Of a stretch of DNA of 64,000 nt, positions 11,295 through 25,000 are shown in pieces. The notes beneath the pieces were generated by a model that did not search any database, was not told the origin of the DNA, and was given only the letters and a program-made list of their open reading frames with translations. The stretch lies in the NCBI GenBank assembly GCA_963664325.2, contig CAXXDQ010000003.1, forward strand, positions 1,088,001 to 1,152,000, written 5' to 3'. How positions within the stretch are numbered: position 1 is the stretch's first letter; each line of letters begins with the position of its first letter. The DNA is from Desulfomonilia bacterium. Lineage in GTDB: Bacteria > Desulfobacterota > Desulfomonilia > UBA1062. The translations under genes were made by a program, and so were the position numbers.

Positions 11295-11406
11295 TAAAAC
11301 CTGGATTCGGTATAAAAGGCAAGAACCTGGAAGGAGTTGCGGCACACCATGTCCATGCCTATGAATGCACTATATTTACAGGAACAAGATAATGCCAATC
11401 TGTATG

Positions 11407-11817
11407 TTACTTATGGTATTTCTCACCCCTTATAATCGTAAAGGCCCTATAAACCTGTTCAAGCAGCATAACGCGGATTAACTGATGGTTGAAGGTCATC
11501 TTTGAGAAGCTCATAAGTATGTCGGCGTCCTTTTCGAATTCCGCAACGTGGCCTTCAGCTGCTCCGGTATAAAAGTAAAGGTGCTTTGTAGAACTGTTCA
11601 GGTTATCCCTGATAAATTCTGCAAACGCTTCCGATGACATCATCTTTCCGGACGGTGAGAGGACAACATGGACACCTTCTCTGGCCTGTTTTTTCACGGA
11701 TTTTACCTCGATAATCTCTGCAGGCACATATCTCTTGATTCTTTTGAAATAATCATCGATGAGTTCGCTGATTCCGCCTCTGAATGTCCTGCCGGCAAAA
11801 TTAAAGATAATCTTCAA
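11407..11817 (-). CDS. rlmH: 23S rRNA (pseudouridine-1915-N3)-methyltransferase
   Basis: SPOUT C-terminus SKMTFNHQLIRVMLLEQVYRAFTI...YHK; follows rsfS. Confidence 0.93.
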   Translation of the reverse strand: MKIIFNFAGRTFRGGISELIDDYFKRIKRYVPAEIIEVKSVKKQAREGVHVVLSPSGKMMSSEAFAEFIRDNLNSSTKHLYFYTGAAEGHVAEFEKDADILMSFSKMTFNHQLIRVMLLEQVYRAFTIIRGEKYHK

Positions 11818-12138
11818 TCAGGTAAGCCTCTGGGCATTAAGCCACATCCCTTCAATATCGTAATATTTTCTCAAATCATCCTGAAAGATGTGTACGACGA
11901 CATCAAAGTAGTCAAGCAGCACCCATCGGCCTTCTTCGGCACCCTCTGTGCTGAACGGCCGGCCTGCATTTTCCCTCAGATATTCTCCGATGGCCCTGAC
12001 CTGCCTGTCCGATGACCCCGAGGCAATTATTATGTAATCAGTAACCGAGGAGTATTTTTTTACATCGAGTACTACAATGTCCTTCGCCTTTGTTTCTTCG
12101 AGCTTTTCTTTGATCTGGGACCACAGAGCTTTCTTCAC
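11818..12138 (-). CDS. rsfS: Ribosome silencing factor
   Basis: KAKDIVVLDV, DYIIIASGSSDRQV, WVLLDYFDVVVHIF, YYDIEGMW. Confidence 0.96.
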   Translation of the reverse strand: MKKALWSQIKEKLEETKAKDIVVLDVKKYSSVTDYIIIASGSSDRQVRAIGEYLRENAGRPFSTEGAEEGRWVLLDYFDVVVHIFQDDLRKYYDIEGMWLNAQRLT

Positions 12139-12764
12139 GCATACATCCTTTCTTCATAGATATATTTTTCTACAGCAGGCGGGACAAATCCTGTTAAAGG
12201 TCTTCCTTCCTTGATGTATTCCCTTATGGCGCTTGATGATATGTCATTGGGCGTAACATCAATAAATATAATATCCCTGCCCGCCATACTTATATAGCCA
12301 TGAGAGGTCTTACTGAATGTTTTTGAAAATTTTCCCATAACCGCATTAAGGCCGGGTTTGTTTGCTCCCGGCCTTGACATTACTATGAAATGGGCAACTT
12401 CAAAAAGCCTTCTGGCGTCATACCAGCTCATAATATCATTGAAGGCATCCCGGCCAAGGATGAAATAGGGGACAGTTTTATATATGGATGAGAAATGTTC
12501 GATTGTTTTTATCGAGTAAGAGGTCCCTTTTGCATCGACCTCGAAAGATGAAACCTCCAGATGAGGATTGCCGGAAATCGCAAGCCTGACTGCTTCAAGC
12601 CGTTTTTCCGAGGATGTTGCGTCGGCCAGTTCCTTGTGAGGCGGGATATGTGAAGGCACCAGAATGACCTTATCAAGAAAGGCCGCTCTCCTTACATCTT
12701 CAGCGGCTCTCAGGTGGCCGTAGTGTATGGGATTGAATGTGCCTCCGAAAATGCCAATTCTCAT
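12135..12764 (-). CDS. nadD: Nicotinate-nucleotide adenylyltransferase
   Basis: GGTFNPIHYGH, PPHK, ISSSAIR. Confidence 0.96.
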   Translation of the reverse strand: MRIGIFGGTFNPIHYGHLRAAEDVRRAAFLDKVILVPSHIPPHKELADATSSEKRLEAVRLAISGNPHLEVSSFEVDAKGTSYSIKTIEHFSSIYKTVPYFILGRDAFNDIMSWYDARRLFEVAHFIVMSRPGANKPGLNAVMGKFSKTFSKTSHGYISMAGRDIIFIDVTPNDISSSAIREYIKEGRPLTGFVPPAVEKYIYEERMYA

Positions 12765-14017
12765 CTATTGCCTTATCTGGCCGTCACCGAAGCAGACGAA
12801 TTTCTCAATTGTAAGCCCTTCGATCCCCATAGGTCCGTAGGCATGGATCTTTGACGTGCTTATCCCAACTTCCGCCCCTAGCCCGAACTGGCCGCCATCG
12901 GAAAAGCGGGTGCTTGCATTTACAAGTACGGTTGAAGAATCCACTTCCTTTAAAAATCGCATGGCCTTTGTATAATTCTCAGTGATAATCGCCTCGGTAT
13001 GGTTTGATCCGTATTTTTCTATATGGTCGATAGCTTCATCGAGCGAACCTACAACCTTGACAGAGAGTATCAGGTCCACATATTCCTCGTACCAGTCAGC
13101 TTCAGTGGCCTTTTTTTTAACAGAAGGCACGATGGCCATTGTCTTTGGACATCCCCGGATTTCGACACCGGCCTTTTCAAACATGGCTGTCATTTCAGGC
13201 AGAAAAAGCTCTGCCATGTCTTCATGCACAAGAAGCGTCTCCATTGCGTTGCAGACCCCGGGACGCTGAACCTTGGCATTGAAACATATTCTGTAGGCCT
13301 TGTTAATATCCGCACCATTGTCAACATATATGTGACATACACCCTTGTAGTGTTTGAGTACCGGAATGCGCGAATTTTCAACAACCGTTCTGATAAGACC
13401 TTCGCCTCCGCGCGGTATGACAACGTCAATATAATCCTCAAGCTTGAGCAGCTCGTTGATCACCGCCCTGTCTGTTACAGGGATAAAGCCTATAATATCC
13501 GGGTTGATACCTGACCCTTCAAGTGTCTTTTTTAATATACCGGCAATAGCCAAGTTTGAATTGAACGCCTCAGAGCCGCCTCGTAGAATAACTGCATTGC
13601 CTGATTTAAGGCAAAGCCCGACTGCATCGGCGGTGACATTCGGGCGGCTTTCATAAATCATGGCCACAACACCGATAGGAATGCGCATCCTGCCTACCAT
13701 CAGTCCGTTAGGCCTTACGGACATACTTGTAATTGATCCGATCGGGTCGGGAAGTTCAGCGATTTCCGTTAAGGCAACAGCCATTCCCTCGATGACCTTA
13801 TCGGTCAGGGTCAGCCTGTCGATCATGGCACCAGAAAGGCCGGACGCCTTGGCCTTCTTTACATCAAGGGCATTTTCTTCTTTGAGCATAACTGCATTAT
13901 CTCTCAATGCTCCTGCCATCTTTCTGAGAACGGACGCCTTTTCCTCGCTGCCAAGCGTGACAAGTTTTCGTGAGGCTTCATTTGCCTTTTTAGCAATTGT
14001 TAAGATATCCGCACTCA

Positions 14018-14018
<1 letters not shown>
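12765..14018 (-). CDS. proA: Gamma-glutamyl phosphate reductase
   Basis: YESRPNVT, catalytic CNAMETLLVH, NASTRFSDG. Confidence 0.97.
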
Positions 14019-16151
<2,133 letters not shown>

Positions 16152-16161
16152 CTATTTGATA

Positions 16162-16419
16162 TTAAGCAGCGGCAATTACCTGGACTACTTTTTTCTTTGA
16201 AGCAAGCGTCTGGAACTTAACCGTGCCTTCAGTGAGGGCGAAGAGCGTGTAGTCTCTTCCGCAACCGACGTTGGGCCCCGGATGGATTTTTGTACCGCAT
16301 TGGCGGACTATTATGCTTCCCGCCTTGCATGTCTGACCATCAAAAACTTTCACGCCGAGCCTTTTCCCTGCCGAATCCCTGCCGTTTCTCGATGTTCCGC
16401 CGGATTTCTTGTGTGCCAT
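16162..16419 (-). CDS. rpmA: 50S ribosomal protein L27
   Basis: [16 protein letters not shown]. Confidence 0.98.
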   Translation of the reverse strand: MAHKKSGGTSRNGRDSAGKRLGVKVFDGQTCKAGSIIVRQCGTKIHPGPNVGCGRDYTLFALTEGTVKFQTLASKKKVVQVIAAA

Positions 16420-16422
16420 GAC

Positions 16423-16737
16423 TTATGCCCCCTTTGTAATCCCGGTAATGCTGACTTCGGTCAGGTTCTGCCTGTGCCCCTGTTTCTTGTGGTAGCCTTT
16501 GCGGCGCTTCATTTTGAAGATTATGACTTTCGGCCCCTTCATCTGTCTGACGACCTTTGCCTTTACTGACGCGCCTTCAATTACCGGTTTGCCGAGAATA
16601 AAATCATCGCCGCCTATGAAGAGAACTTCGTCAAAGGTTATATCGTCGCCCTTGACTGCTGCGAGTTTTTCCACCTTGAGCTTATCGCCTTCTTCTACCT
16701 TGTACTGTTTTCCGCCTGTTCTTATCACTGCGTACAT
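16423..16737 (-). CDS. rplU: 50S ribosomal protein L21
   Basis: [14 protein letters not shown]...GHRQ. Confidence 0.98.
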   Translation of the reverse strand: MYAVIRTGGKQYKVEEGDKLKVEKLAAVKGDDITFDEVLFIGGDDFILGKPVIEGASVKAKVVRQMKGPKVIIFKMKRRKGYHKKQGHRQNLTEVSITGITKGA

Positions 16738-16875
16738 ACTTCACCCCGTGTGTTCTTAAAAAGGTTTTTGAGCTATTAGTGAAAGAAGCCTCACTTGTCA
16801 AGGGATATTGTGACAATTGCTCTTGCAAACATGACGTTTGAACGATGGAAGGCAAAGACTTGTTTTATATCCTTT

Positions 16876-17967
16876 TTAACCGGCCACCTTCACAGATGCG
16901 ACACTGAAAGAAGGCAGAAATGGATGCAGCCCCCTATCACCGTAATTATCTGTCCCTAGTGTCGGTCCCAGATCGAGTTCGCCAGTGTGGAAAGTGTAGT
17001 CGGGGTTTGGCGATGTGCTGTCGCTGTAATTCAGGGTGTTTTCGACGTCCACATCGACTGTTATATCATATTCTCCACCCGAGATCGTAAACGGTTCGAT
17101 CGTGGCGTTAAGTCCGCCGAGAGTACTGCCGCTGGTTATTATTACCGGGTTGGCGCTGCTGTCATAATCATCAGCGTCGCCCCAGAAATCCGGGTCATCA
17201 AAGAGGTCGATCGTACTGTCGGGTCCTGCGCCACCTGACGGGTGGGCGCTCTCAGTCACGGAAATAAAGAAATTGCTATGATCGGCGTCAACCTCGCGTC
17301 TGAGCCAGAACCATTCGTCATATCCCTCTTCATTAATGTTGACTACAAAATCGCGCTTCCAGTACTTATCGTGAGCATTGAAGTAGAGACGGAAGTTGCA
17401 GTACATTGCATCGGGAATCTCATCAGGCTGGAACGTGGATATATCCCATCCGAACACCGTAGCCAGGTCGGTTTCTTCACATATCGAAGGGAGATGAAAG
17501 TAAACGGGAAACTGCATTTCAATATAAAGGAACTGCATTTTGTAACCGGTATAGGTTCCTTCCGACATAGATGCAGCTGTTAGCAGCTCACTGGTAGCGT
17601 TTTCTGATGAAAAGTCTACAATCAGGGGATTATTTTCCGTATAGGTCGGGTTTGACTCGTCCGGATTTATCAGGTTGATCTGGGTGCTGTCATCTTTGAC
17701 AAGCCAGAAATTTACGAGCGCAATCTTATAAATGTTCGGGGATATATCTGCTTCTGATGAAATTCCGCCGGGGCTGAGGTTCGACACCTTCATAGAAAGG
17801 TTTACAGTGCCCGGACCGCCCGAGGTGACGCTTCCGCCAGTCTCGCTTCCTCCTCCGCCACCGCCTCCTCCGCATCCTGCATTCAGGATTATTGACGAGG
17901 CAAAGAGAACAACCATATAAATTTTAATATAGATCAAGTGATAATTTTTTTCTCTCGGTTTATCCAT
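16876..17967 (-). CDS. Hypothetical acidic lipoprotein with a poly-Gly tether
   Basis: 363-aa ORF with a GGGGG RBS, a hydrophobic stretch ending LNAG-C, then G8; Asp/Glu-rich mature part. Confidence 0.75.
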   Translation of the reverse strand: MDKPREKNYHLIYIKIYMVVLFASSIILNAGCGGGGGGGGSETGGSVTSGGPGTVNLSMKVSNLSPGGISSEADISPNIYKIALVNFWLVKDDSTQINLINPDESNPTYTENNPLIVDFSSENATSELLTAASMSEGTYTGYKMQFLYIEMQFPVYFHLPSICEETDLATVFGWDISTFQPDEIPDAMYCNFRLYFNAHDKYWKRDFVVNINEEGYDEWFWLRREVDADHSNFFISVTESAHPSGGAGPDSTIDLFDDPDFWGDADDYDSSANPVIITSGSTLGGLNATIEPFTISGGEYDITVDVDVENTLNYSDSTSPNPDYTFHTGELDLGPTLGTDNYGDRGLHPFLPSFSVASVKVAG

Positions 17968-18116
17968 GTTACCCCCCTTGTTGCTTATATATTCCTTTTA
18001 TCGGCATTTTCCTGAATTACAAAAGCGTCTGATTGGACATGTTTCCAGGTGAAGGAAATATTTTTTAAAATTATCGAGCTACTTGTTTTCAATAAAAACG
18101 AGGGTATTCTTTTTTT

Positions 18117-20402
18117 ATGCTCTTAAAAGATGCCGGAATCAAGCATCCCCTTGTATGTGTTTTTGCAGGAACTGCTTTTGGGATATGTGCTGTTATGCAG
18201 GATATTCAGGCTTCATCCTTCTGCTTTTTAATACTTGCACTTCTCTTCTCGATCAAAAGACTGCCTCACATATTATCAGGAATTCTGATCGGAGCTCTGG
18301 CCACCTCCTGTGCAGTAAAACCAGCCGGCTTCGAAGGTGAGCACTTGATTTCAGGCAGAATTATTTTATCAGGTTTTGAATACGGCACATACAGGATTGA
18401 AATAAAGGATATTCATGTTGACGGTAAACCTGCACGCGGCAAAGCGAGACTCGGAATTTATGAAAATATCGGGGTACCTTCAGGAGCAGACCTCAGCGCT
18501 ACTGCCAGATTGTCATTCCCGGCAGGCCCCGATAATTTCGCTCAGGCCGATATCAGGCATTCCCTGCTTTCAGAGGGTATTACGGTCACAGGTTACATAA
18601 AGGATTTCAATGATATAAAATTTTCAGGCATAAAGAATCCCGGTTTCAGACCATGTAAAATGCTTGATTCGATCGGGGGCAATGAGGCAGGTGTGCTCAA
18701 AGCAATCATTACCGGTGACAGGTCAGGGCTTACGCCACAGGTAAATGACCTTTTTGCCTCTCTGGGGCTGTCCCATTTGATAGCAATTTCAGGGCTGAAT
18801 TTCGGACTCGTGATACTCTTCGGCTACCTGCTGTCTTTTAATATCATAAGACTGATTCCACCTCTTGCGCAAAGACTTGATACTCCCCTTGTATCAAAGG
18901 CATTCGGGCTGGTCTGCGCAATTGCCTACGGGATGTTTGTCGAGCCGTCATTTCCGACCACAAGGGCGCTTGTTATGGCGTGTATTGTGATCGGGGCATT
19001 TATGACAGCACGAAGGATAAATCTTATCGATGCACTGGCTTTTTCAGGGATATTTATCCTTGTCATCTGGCCGCACAGCCTGTTTACGGCGAGCTTTCTG
19101 CTAACCTTTGCCGCTGTTCTGGGAATAGTGGCCGTAACTCAAAAGCTTAAAAATACGGGCATTGCCGTCCAGTTGGTTGCGGTGCCTTTTATTGCAGCTG
19201 TTTTTACCCTGCCCATATCGGTCCAGTATTTTGGCTTCATTTCACCTCTAAGCATAATTTATAATCTGCTGTTCGTTCCGATTTTCAGCTTTATAATCAT
19301 GCCGCTGTCGCTGATTGGAATGCTCATATCATCCTTCTGGGAAACAGGGGCTCTATACCTGTATGGCCTGTGCATGGATGCTATTTCACTTATTCTAACT
19401 ACAGGAGAAAGGTTCGGAAGTCTGGTTGCCGTGCCGAAACCCGGCATATGGTATTTTTACCTGCTGTATCTGGTTCTTTTTATACTGCTGTTTGCAAAGC
19501 GTTCATTGTTAAAGGCAGCAATTCTTGTTCCGGCCGGCATATCACTGTTTATCTTACCGGTTTTCCTTCAGTATCAAAAAATGAATATGCCGCTGACTTT
19601 CGACTTTATCAGTGTCGGAAACGGTGACTGCATTCTTATTACCAAAGGTCATCATTCTATCTTGATCGACGCCGGAGGGTCTTACACTGATTTTGATACG
19701 GGGAGATTCATTGTAGGCCCAAGGCTTTTATCAAGAGGCATAACGAAGCTCGACCTTGTCGTGGCCACACATTCTCATCCCGATCATATTGGCGGCCTTC
19801 CTTTCATACTCGAAAGATTTAAAGTCGGACAGGTCTGGATCAATTGTAAAGACGATCCCGGTTTCACGGATGTCTTCATGGTTACAGATTTGAAACATAT
19901 ACCTGTTGATGCTGTCTTCGCAGGGGTCAAACTTTCATTTCCAAACGATTTTAATATAGACGTTTTCCACCCCCAGCATCTTTTGGAGGCGGCAGACAGG
20001 AAACTGGACTTGAATTTGCATTCAATTGTTTTAAGGATAGGTGACGGCTCTCTGAGCGGAATTTTCATGGCCGACTCTGACTGGTTCGGAGAGGTTAACA
20101 TGGTGCATCAGGCAAGTGGCATGAGAGCGGATATTCTGAAGGCTGCACATCACGGCTCGAAAAGATCCTGCCTCGATATTTTTTTAAATGAGGTCAGGCC
20201 TGAAACGGTGATCATAACATGCGGAAAAAATAACCATTTCGGCCTGCCTTCAGAAGAGGCGTTAGGACGTCTTAAATCAGCAAAAATAAATACTTTATTG
20301 ACAAGCGTTAACGGTGAGATGTTGATTTCAAAGGAATCTGATACTATAATAATTAAGTCATTTAAAAAATATGCCGATAATAAATTTAGAACTATATATT
20401 AA
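18117..20402 (+). CDS. comEC: DNA internalisation competence protein ComEC/Rec2
   Basis: GLSHLIAISGLN competence domain with many TM helices; MBL domain SVGNGD, THSHPDHIGG, HHGS, HFGLPS. Confidence 0.93.
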   Translation: MLLKDAGIKHPLVCVFAGTAFGICAVMQDIQASSFCFLILALLFSIKRLPHILSGILIGALATSCAVKPAGFEGEHLISGRIILSGFEYGTYRIEIKDIHVDGKPARGKARLGIYENIGVPSGADLSATARLSFPAGPDNFAQADIRHSLLSEGITVTGYIKDFNDIKFSGIKNPGFRPCKMLDSIGGNEAGVLKAIITGDRSGLTPQVNDLFASLGLSHLIAISGLNFGLVILFGYLLSFNIIRLIPPLAQRLDTPLVSKAFGLVCAIAYGMFVEPSFPTTRALVMACIVIGAFMTARRINLIDALAFSGIFILVIWPHSLFTASFLLTFAAVLGIVAVTQKLKNTGIAVQLVAVPFIAAVFTLPISVQYFGFISPLSIIYNLLFVPIFSFIIMPLSLIGMLISSFWETGALYLYGLCMDAISLILTTGERFGSLVAVPKPGIWYFYLLYLVLFILLFAKRSLLKAAILVPAGISLFILPVFLQYQKMNMPLTFDFISVGNGDCILITKGHHSILIDAGGSYTDFDTGRFIVGPRLLSRGITKLDLVVATHSHPDHIGGLPFILERFKVGQVWINCKDDPGFTDVFMVTDLKHIPVDAVFAGVKLSFPNDFNIDVFHPQHLLEAADRKLDLNLHSIVLRIGDGSLSGIFMADSDWFGEVNMVHQASGMRADILKAAHHGSKRSCLDIFLNEVRPETVIITCGKNNHFGLPSEEALGRLKSAKINTLLTSVNGEMLISKESDTIIIKSFKKYADNKFRTIY

Positions 20403-20437
20403 TATTATGTCCAAAAGACGGTAAGGAAATGATTTGA

Positions 20438-21121
20438 ATGTTTAAAAAAATGTTAAGGGTTCATAAAAACGAGGATGGCGGAACAAGGGAATACCGGATG
20501 ACAGCCTCCATGTCAGCAGGATTGACCCTTGTCGAGCTTATAGTTGTCATGATCCTGTCGCTGATACTTGTAGGTTCTGCATTCACGGCGTACCTGGCGC
20601 ACAGCAAGACCAGCGGCGAACAGGGCAGGGTGGTGGCGCTTCAACAGGACCTCAGGGCGGTTATGGATATGATAGAAAGGGACGTTAAAAATTCAGGATG
20701 CCATGATCCAAGACTTTCCGGTACTGCTAACATCCAGCCTATAGGGGCGTCCAGCTCAGGACTAAACTCCCTGGCGCTGAACATGGACTTGAATCTGGAC
20801 GGAGCAACCACAGCCCAGGGTGAGCAGGTCAGATATGTGCTTAACGGGACCACATTGAACAGGGTTGACCAGGGCGTGACAGTAGCCCTGCTGAACAATG
20901 TAACTTCATTCGGGATAATTTATAGAGATGCGAACAATGCGGTTATCACGCCGGCAGGTACGCTTACCCAGACCCAGGCCGGCCAGGTTTTATCGGTAGT
21001 GGTGACGCTCAGGGTTCAGAGCGCAACCCCTGACCCTGATACGGGGCTGCCGGTTGTGAGAAGGGTAACAAGACGGATGCAAAGCCGCAATCTGGAGATA
21101 ACACAAAAACATTTCAACTAA
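20438..21121 (+). CDS. pilW: Type IV minor pilin PilW
   Basis: Prepilin site G|LTLVEL; QQDLRAVMDMIERDVKNSG. Confidence 0.8.
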   Translation: MFKKMLRVHKNEDGGTREYRMTASMSAGLTLVELIVVMILSLILVGSAFTAYLAHSKTSGEQGRVVALQQDLRAVMDMIERDVKNSGCHDPRLSGTANIQPIGASSSGLNSLALNMDLNLDGATTAQGEQVRYVLNGTTLNRVDQGVTVALLNNVTSFGIIYRDANNAVITPAGTLTQTQAGQVLSVVVTLRVQSATPDPDTGLPVVRRVTRRMQSRNLEITQKHFN

Positions 21122-21152
21122 TGAGAAAAACAGAACAGCAGGGAGGTCTAGC

Positions 21153-21596
21153 ATGAGGTTGCGTAATAATTTAATTTTTGGAGAGGACGGGGAAAGCGGC
21201 TTTACCCTTATCGAGCTTTTAGTGGCGCTGGTAATATTTTCCATAGGAATTGTAGGTGCGGCCAGGCTCCAGATAGCAGCGGTTTCAGGCAATTCATACA
21301 GTATGCAGCTGGCTCAGGCGATAAGTGTTGCACAGAACGAAGCTGAAAGGCTCCAGGATATAAACTTTACTGTAGCTCAGGTTACTGACGGCGTTATCGA
21401 TGCTCTCGAGACACCTGGTAATGCCACGACTTCAGGGGCTGTTGTTACTATTAATAATACAAATTATACTCCAGTCTGGACTGCCGTGTCTGTAAATAAC
21501 AATCCAAGATTACGTATGGTAACGATGTTCGTCAACTGGAACGAAAAGGGTGTCCCTCGGGTGTATAGATTAAGATTCTACACTGGAATGGACTAG
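21153..21596 (+). CDS. pilV: Type IV minor pilin PilV
   Basis: G|FTLIELLVALVIFSIGIVG; size and context. Confidence 0.82.
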   Translation: MRLRNNLIFGEDGESGFTLIELLVALVIFSIGIVGAARLQIAAVSGNSYSMQLAQAISVAQNEAERLQDINFTVAQVTDGVIDALETPGNATTSGAVVTINNTNYTPVWTAVSVNNNPRLRMVTMFVNWNEKGVPRVYRLRFYTGMD

Positions 21597-21609
21597 CAGG
21601 AATGAAAAA

Positions 21610-22062
21610 ATGATGAAGAAAGGTATAAACCTATTAGAAAATAAGGATGGTATCGTGCTGGTCATGGTGCTGCTGGTTCTCATGGCTACGATAGTGATCG
21701 GGATATTCCTGGCCAGGACAAGCTTTCTCGAGACCAGGATTGCGGGAAATGAAAAGGAATATAAGCAGACTGTTTATGCGCTTGAAAGTTCAACAGACTG
21801 GGCAATACAAAATAACACAGATGCATTTGCAAACGTGGGGATCAATATCGGTCAGAATTATACCTATAGCTCAGCAAGCCTCCCTACTGACGGTATCATA
21901 AACAGTTCAACGATAACGGTCAGATTAACAGGGATACAGAAACCTCCTCTCGGTTCGGGTTCAGATCCGGCCAGGTTCAGGGCAAGATACTATACAATCA
22001 GCTCCATCCAGGGCGGATATACATTGGATATAGGTGTTTACAGGATATTTCCTAAACAATAA
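21610..22062 (+). CDS. pilX: Type IV minor pilin PilX
   Basis: G|IVLVMVLL lacking Glu5; ETRIAGN motif. Confidence 0.82.
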   Translation: MMKKGINLLENKDGIVLVMVLLVLMATIVIGIFLARTSFLETRIAGNEKEYKQTVYALESSTDWAIQNNTDAFANVGINIGQNYTYSSASLPTDGIINSSTITVRLTGIQKPPLGSGSDPARFRARYYTISSIQGGYTLDIGVYRIFPKQ

Positions 22063-22070
22063 AAAAGGCG

Positions 22071-25000
22071 GTGATTCAAATGATAATCAAAAAAACATTG
22101 GCGGTATTGTTTTTGGCGACAGGATTGATATTGCCGCAGGTCAGCCTTGCCGATGATACGGTAATATTCGGAGGGGAGGCTGTTAACCTTGCTCCTAACA
22201 TACTTATTGTTTTCGATAATTCTGGAAGTATGGGGGATTATATTGATGTGCAGGTAACGCAACAGCCATATGATCCGACAATAACGTATTCGAATCAAGG
22301 CTATGATCCTCACTATGTTTACTATGATTATAACAATCACGGATATTGGGTAGACTGGATATATATAGGTTCCGATCATGAGGTCGATTCAAATGAGATA
22401 GTCTGTGAAGCTGTAAGGAATGCGTTGAACACGGGGGGTGTCTACGGGCCTGTACAGTTATGTGAATCAGGCAGAAGTACCTGCCAGTATTATCCCTGCG
22501 GTTCCTGTTCCTCGTATGGTAATGCCTGCAGGAACGGTACTACTGTTAACAGGACTCTTGCTACTGGAAATTACCTCAACTGGCTTAATCAACCCGATAC
22601 CGTATCGAGAAGAAAAATCGATATTGCCAAAGACACCATATGGGAAGTGATTAAAACAACACCCGGCGTCAGATGGGGGATAATGGTTTTTAATTCACCT
22701 GCTTACAATAGTGATAACTCGCAGGGCGGCCATGTGGAAATCCCGGTCAAGGACAGGGGGAGGGGGTCCTATGTGAATTCATGGCCGTACCCGAATGAAC
22801 CGGACTCCACAACATGCTCGAACGGCAATGCCGACTGCAACTACACAAGAAATCAGATGATCACCGAACTTAAAAACGTAATATATGCCCAGTCAGCGAG
22901 TACATGGACGCCGCTTGCGGAAACGCTTGCAGAGGCAGGTCTTTATTATGCGGGTGCAGCTCCGCACTTCGGGACAAACAGCGCTGCAGGGGCAATGAAT
23001 GGGAGTGTTTATAGAACACCCATTGATTACAGGTGCCGGTCAAACAACGTCATTATCATTACTGATGGTCAGCCTACAACTGACCGGGATCCATTTATAA
23101 TAAGCCAAAATTATCTCTTTGGTGAAACCATAGGTGATGCCGACCAGGATGGAAGGAATGAGTTATACGGATATTCCACCTCAAACAGCGACACCTACTA
23201 TGGCAGCGATTATCTTGATGACGTTGCATATTACCTTTATCATAAAGATCTGATAAGAAGCGGGAATGATGCTTCAGGGAATCCCTTCGGTAATTATGAC
23301 CCGAACAATCCCGAGAGGATCCTGCTGCAGAATGTGGTTACATATACTATCGGATTTAACATCCATACCGATCTCCTTCAGCGTACTGCAGATGACGGGC
23401 AGGGTGTCGGAGCGGGTCTGGGGAGTTATTTTACCACTGAAGCTACAGGCGGCCAGGGTGTGAACCTCGCCACTGCAATAAGAAGAATAGTCGGGGAAAT
23501 ACAGGAAAGGAACGCAAACTATGTCACCCCGGTGGTTCCTGTAAGCCGCTCGAACCGGACTTATGCCGATAATGCGGTATATATGGCATTTTTCTCCCCA
23601 AGCGATAAAACCCCGGGTTTCTGGAGGGGCAACCTAAAAAAGTATGGTCTGGATTCGAATGCCATGCTTCTTGACAGGACCGGAATACCTGCAACCGATA
23701 CTACTACAGGACGCATCCTGGATAGCTCACATTCATACTGGTGGTACAACGGAAATGCCGAAGGTGTAGATGTAACTGTAGGCGGGGTCGGGAACAGGCT
23801 GCTTGACGGGAATATAACCCGGAGGTTTTACACTAATAGAGCAGGAGGAATAATTAGTTTTTCGAATACCACCATATCGGCAACAGACCTGGGATTGTTA
23901 CTTGATACAGAAAGGGACGACCTCATAAACTATTTGACTGCTTCCGGAGTATATTCTCCCACGAGTACTGATGCGAGATATAAAAGATCATGGGTGCTCG
24001 GAGATATCCTTCACTCAAGGCCGGCCGTGCTGTATGACTACGACAGGAATGTAAATGCACTCTTTGCAGGGTCTAATGACGGATTTCTGCACTGTTTTGT
24101 GGATACTCCCGGAAGCGCAGGTTGGCCCAACACGGACACGGTTACGGAAAAATGGGCATATACCCCGTATGATTTGTTAACGAACCTCAAAACAATACCA
24201 TCTTTAAAAACGACAATGCTTATAACCGGCGACAATGAGCATGACATCTTCGTTGACGGTTCACCAATCGTGTATAAGGCCGCCAACAACAGCAATTATG
24301 TGGCTTTCGGCCTGAGGCGAGGAGGATCAAAGTATTATTCGCTCAGGCTGACTGCAAATGATGAGAACTACACGCCGATCTGGGCCTGGGATTCTGACAA
24401 CTACATTTCCAGCCTTGGCGAGCCGATGGGCCAGTCGTGGTCGACACCGCTTTTCTGCAAAATCAAAACAACGTCTACGGACACTACAGGGCAGGAAGTT
24501 CTTCTGCTGGCCGGCGGGTATGATACAAATCAGGACCTTGGAACACCGGCAGCACTGGATACTTCAGGAAGGGCTATTTATGCGGTACAAGCGCAAACAG
24601 GACTTCTTACAACTGCTAATTTGCGTTTTACATATGCCAACACAAACTCGATCAGGAATTGCATAGTCGACCTCATTTCTTATGACGGCAATGATGACGG
24701 GTTCGAAGATGTTATCTATGCAGGCACACTGGGTGGTGATCTGTTTGCATTTACCGACAAGGAAAATAACGGAAGCGGCGGATATGGCGATGGGACCTGG
24801 AGTTCTAGCCTGATTTTCCATGCGGCATCCGATGACGGCACTACTACGAAAAACAAAAAGTTTTTCTACTCTCCGGGTATTGCTCAGGAATCATGGGGAG
24901 ATTGGGTGTTCATAGGTTCTGGAAACAGGGAAGACCCTTTGGACGACCTGCCTGAAGGTGTGAGATCAAATGATTATATTTATGCCGTAAAGAATACATG

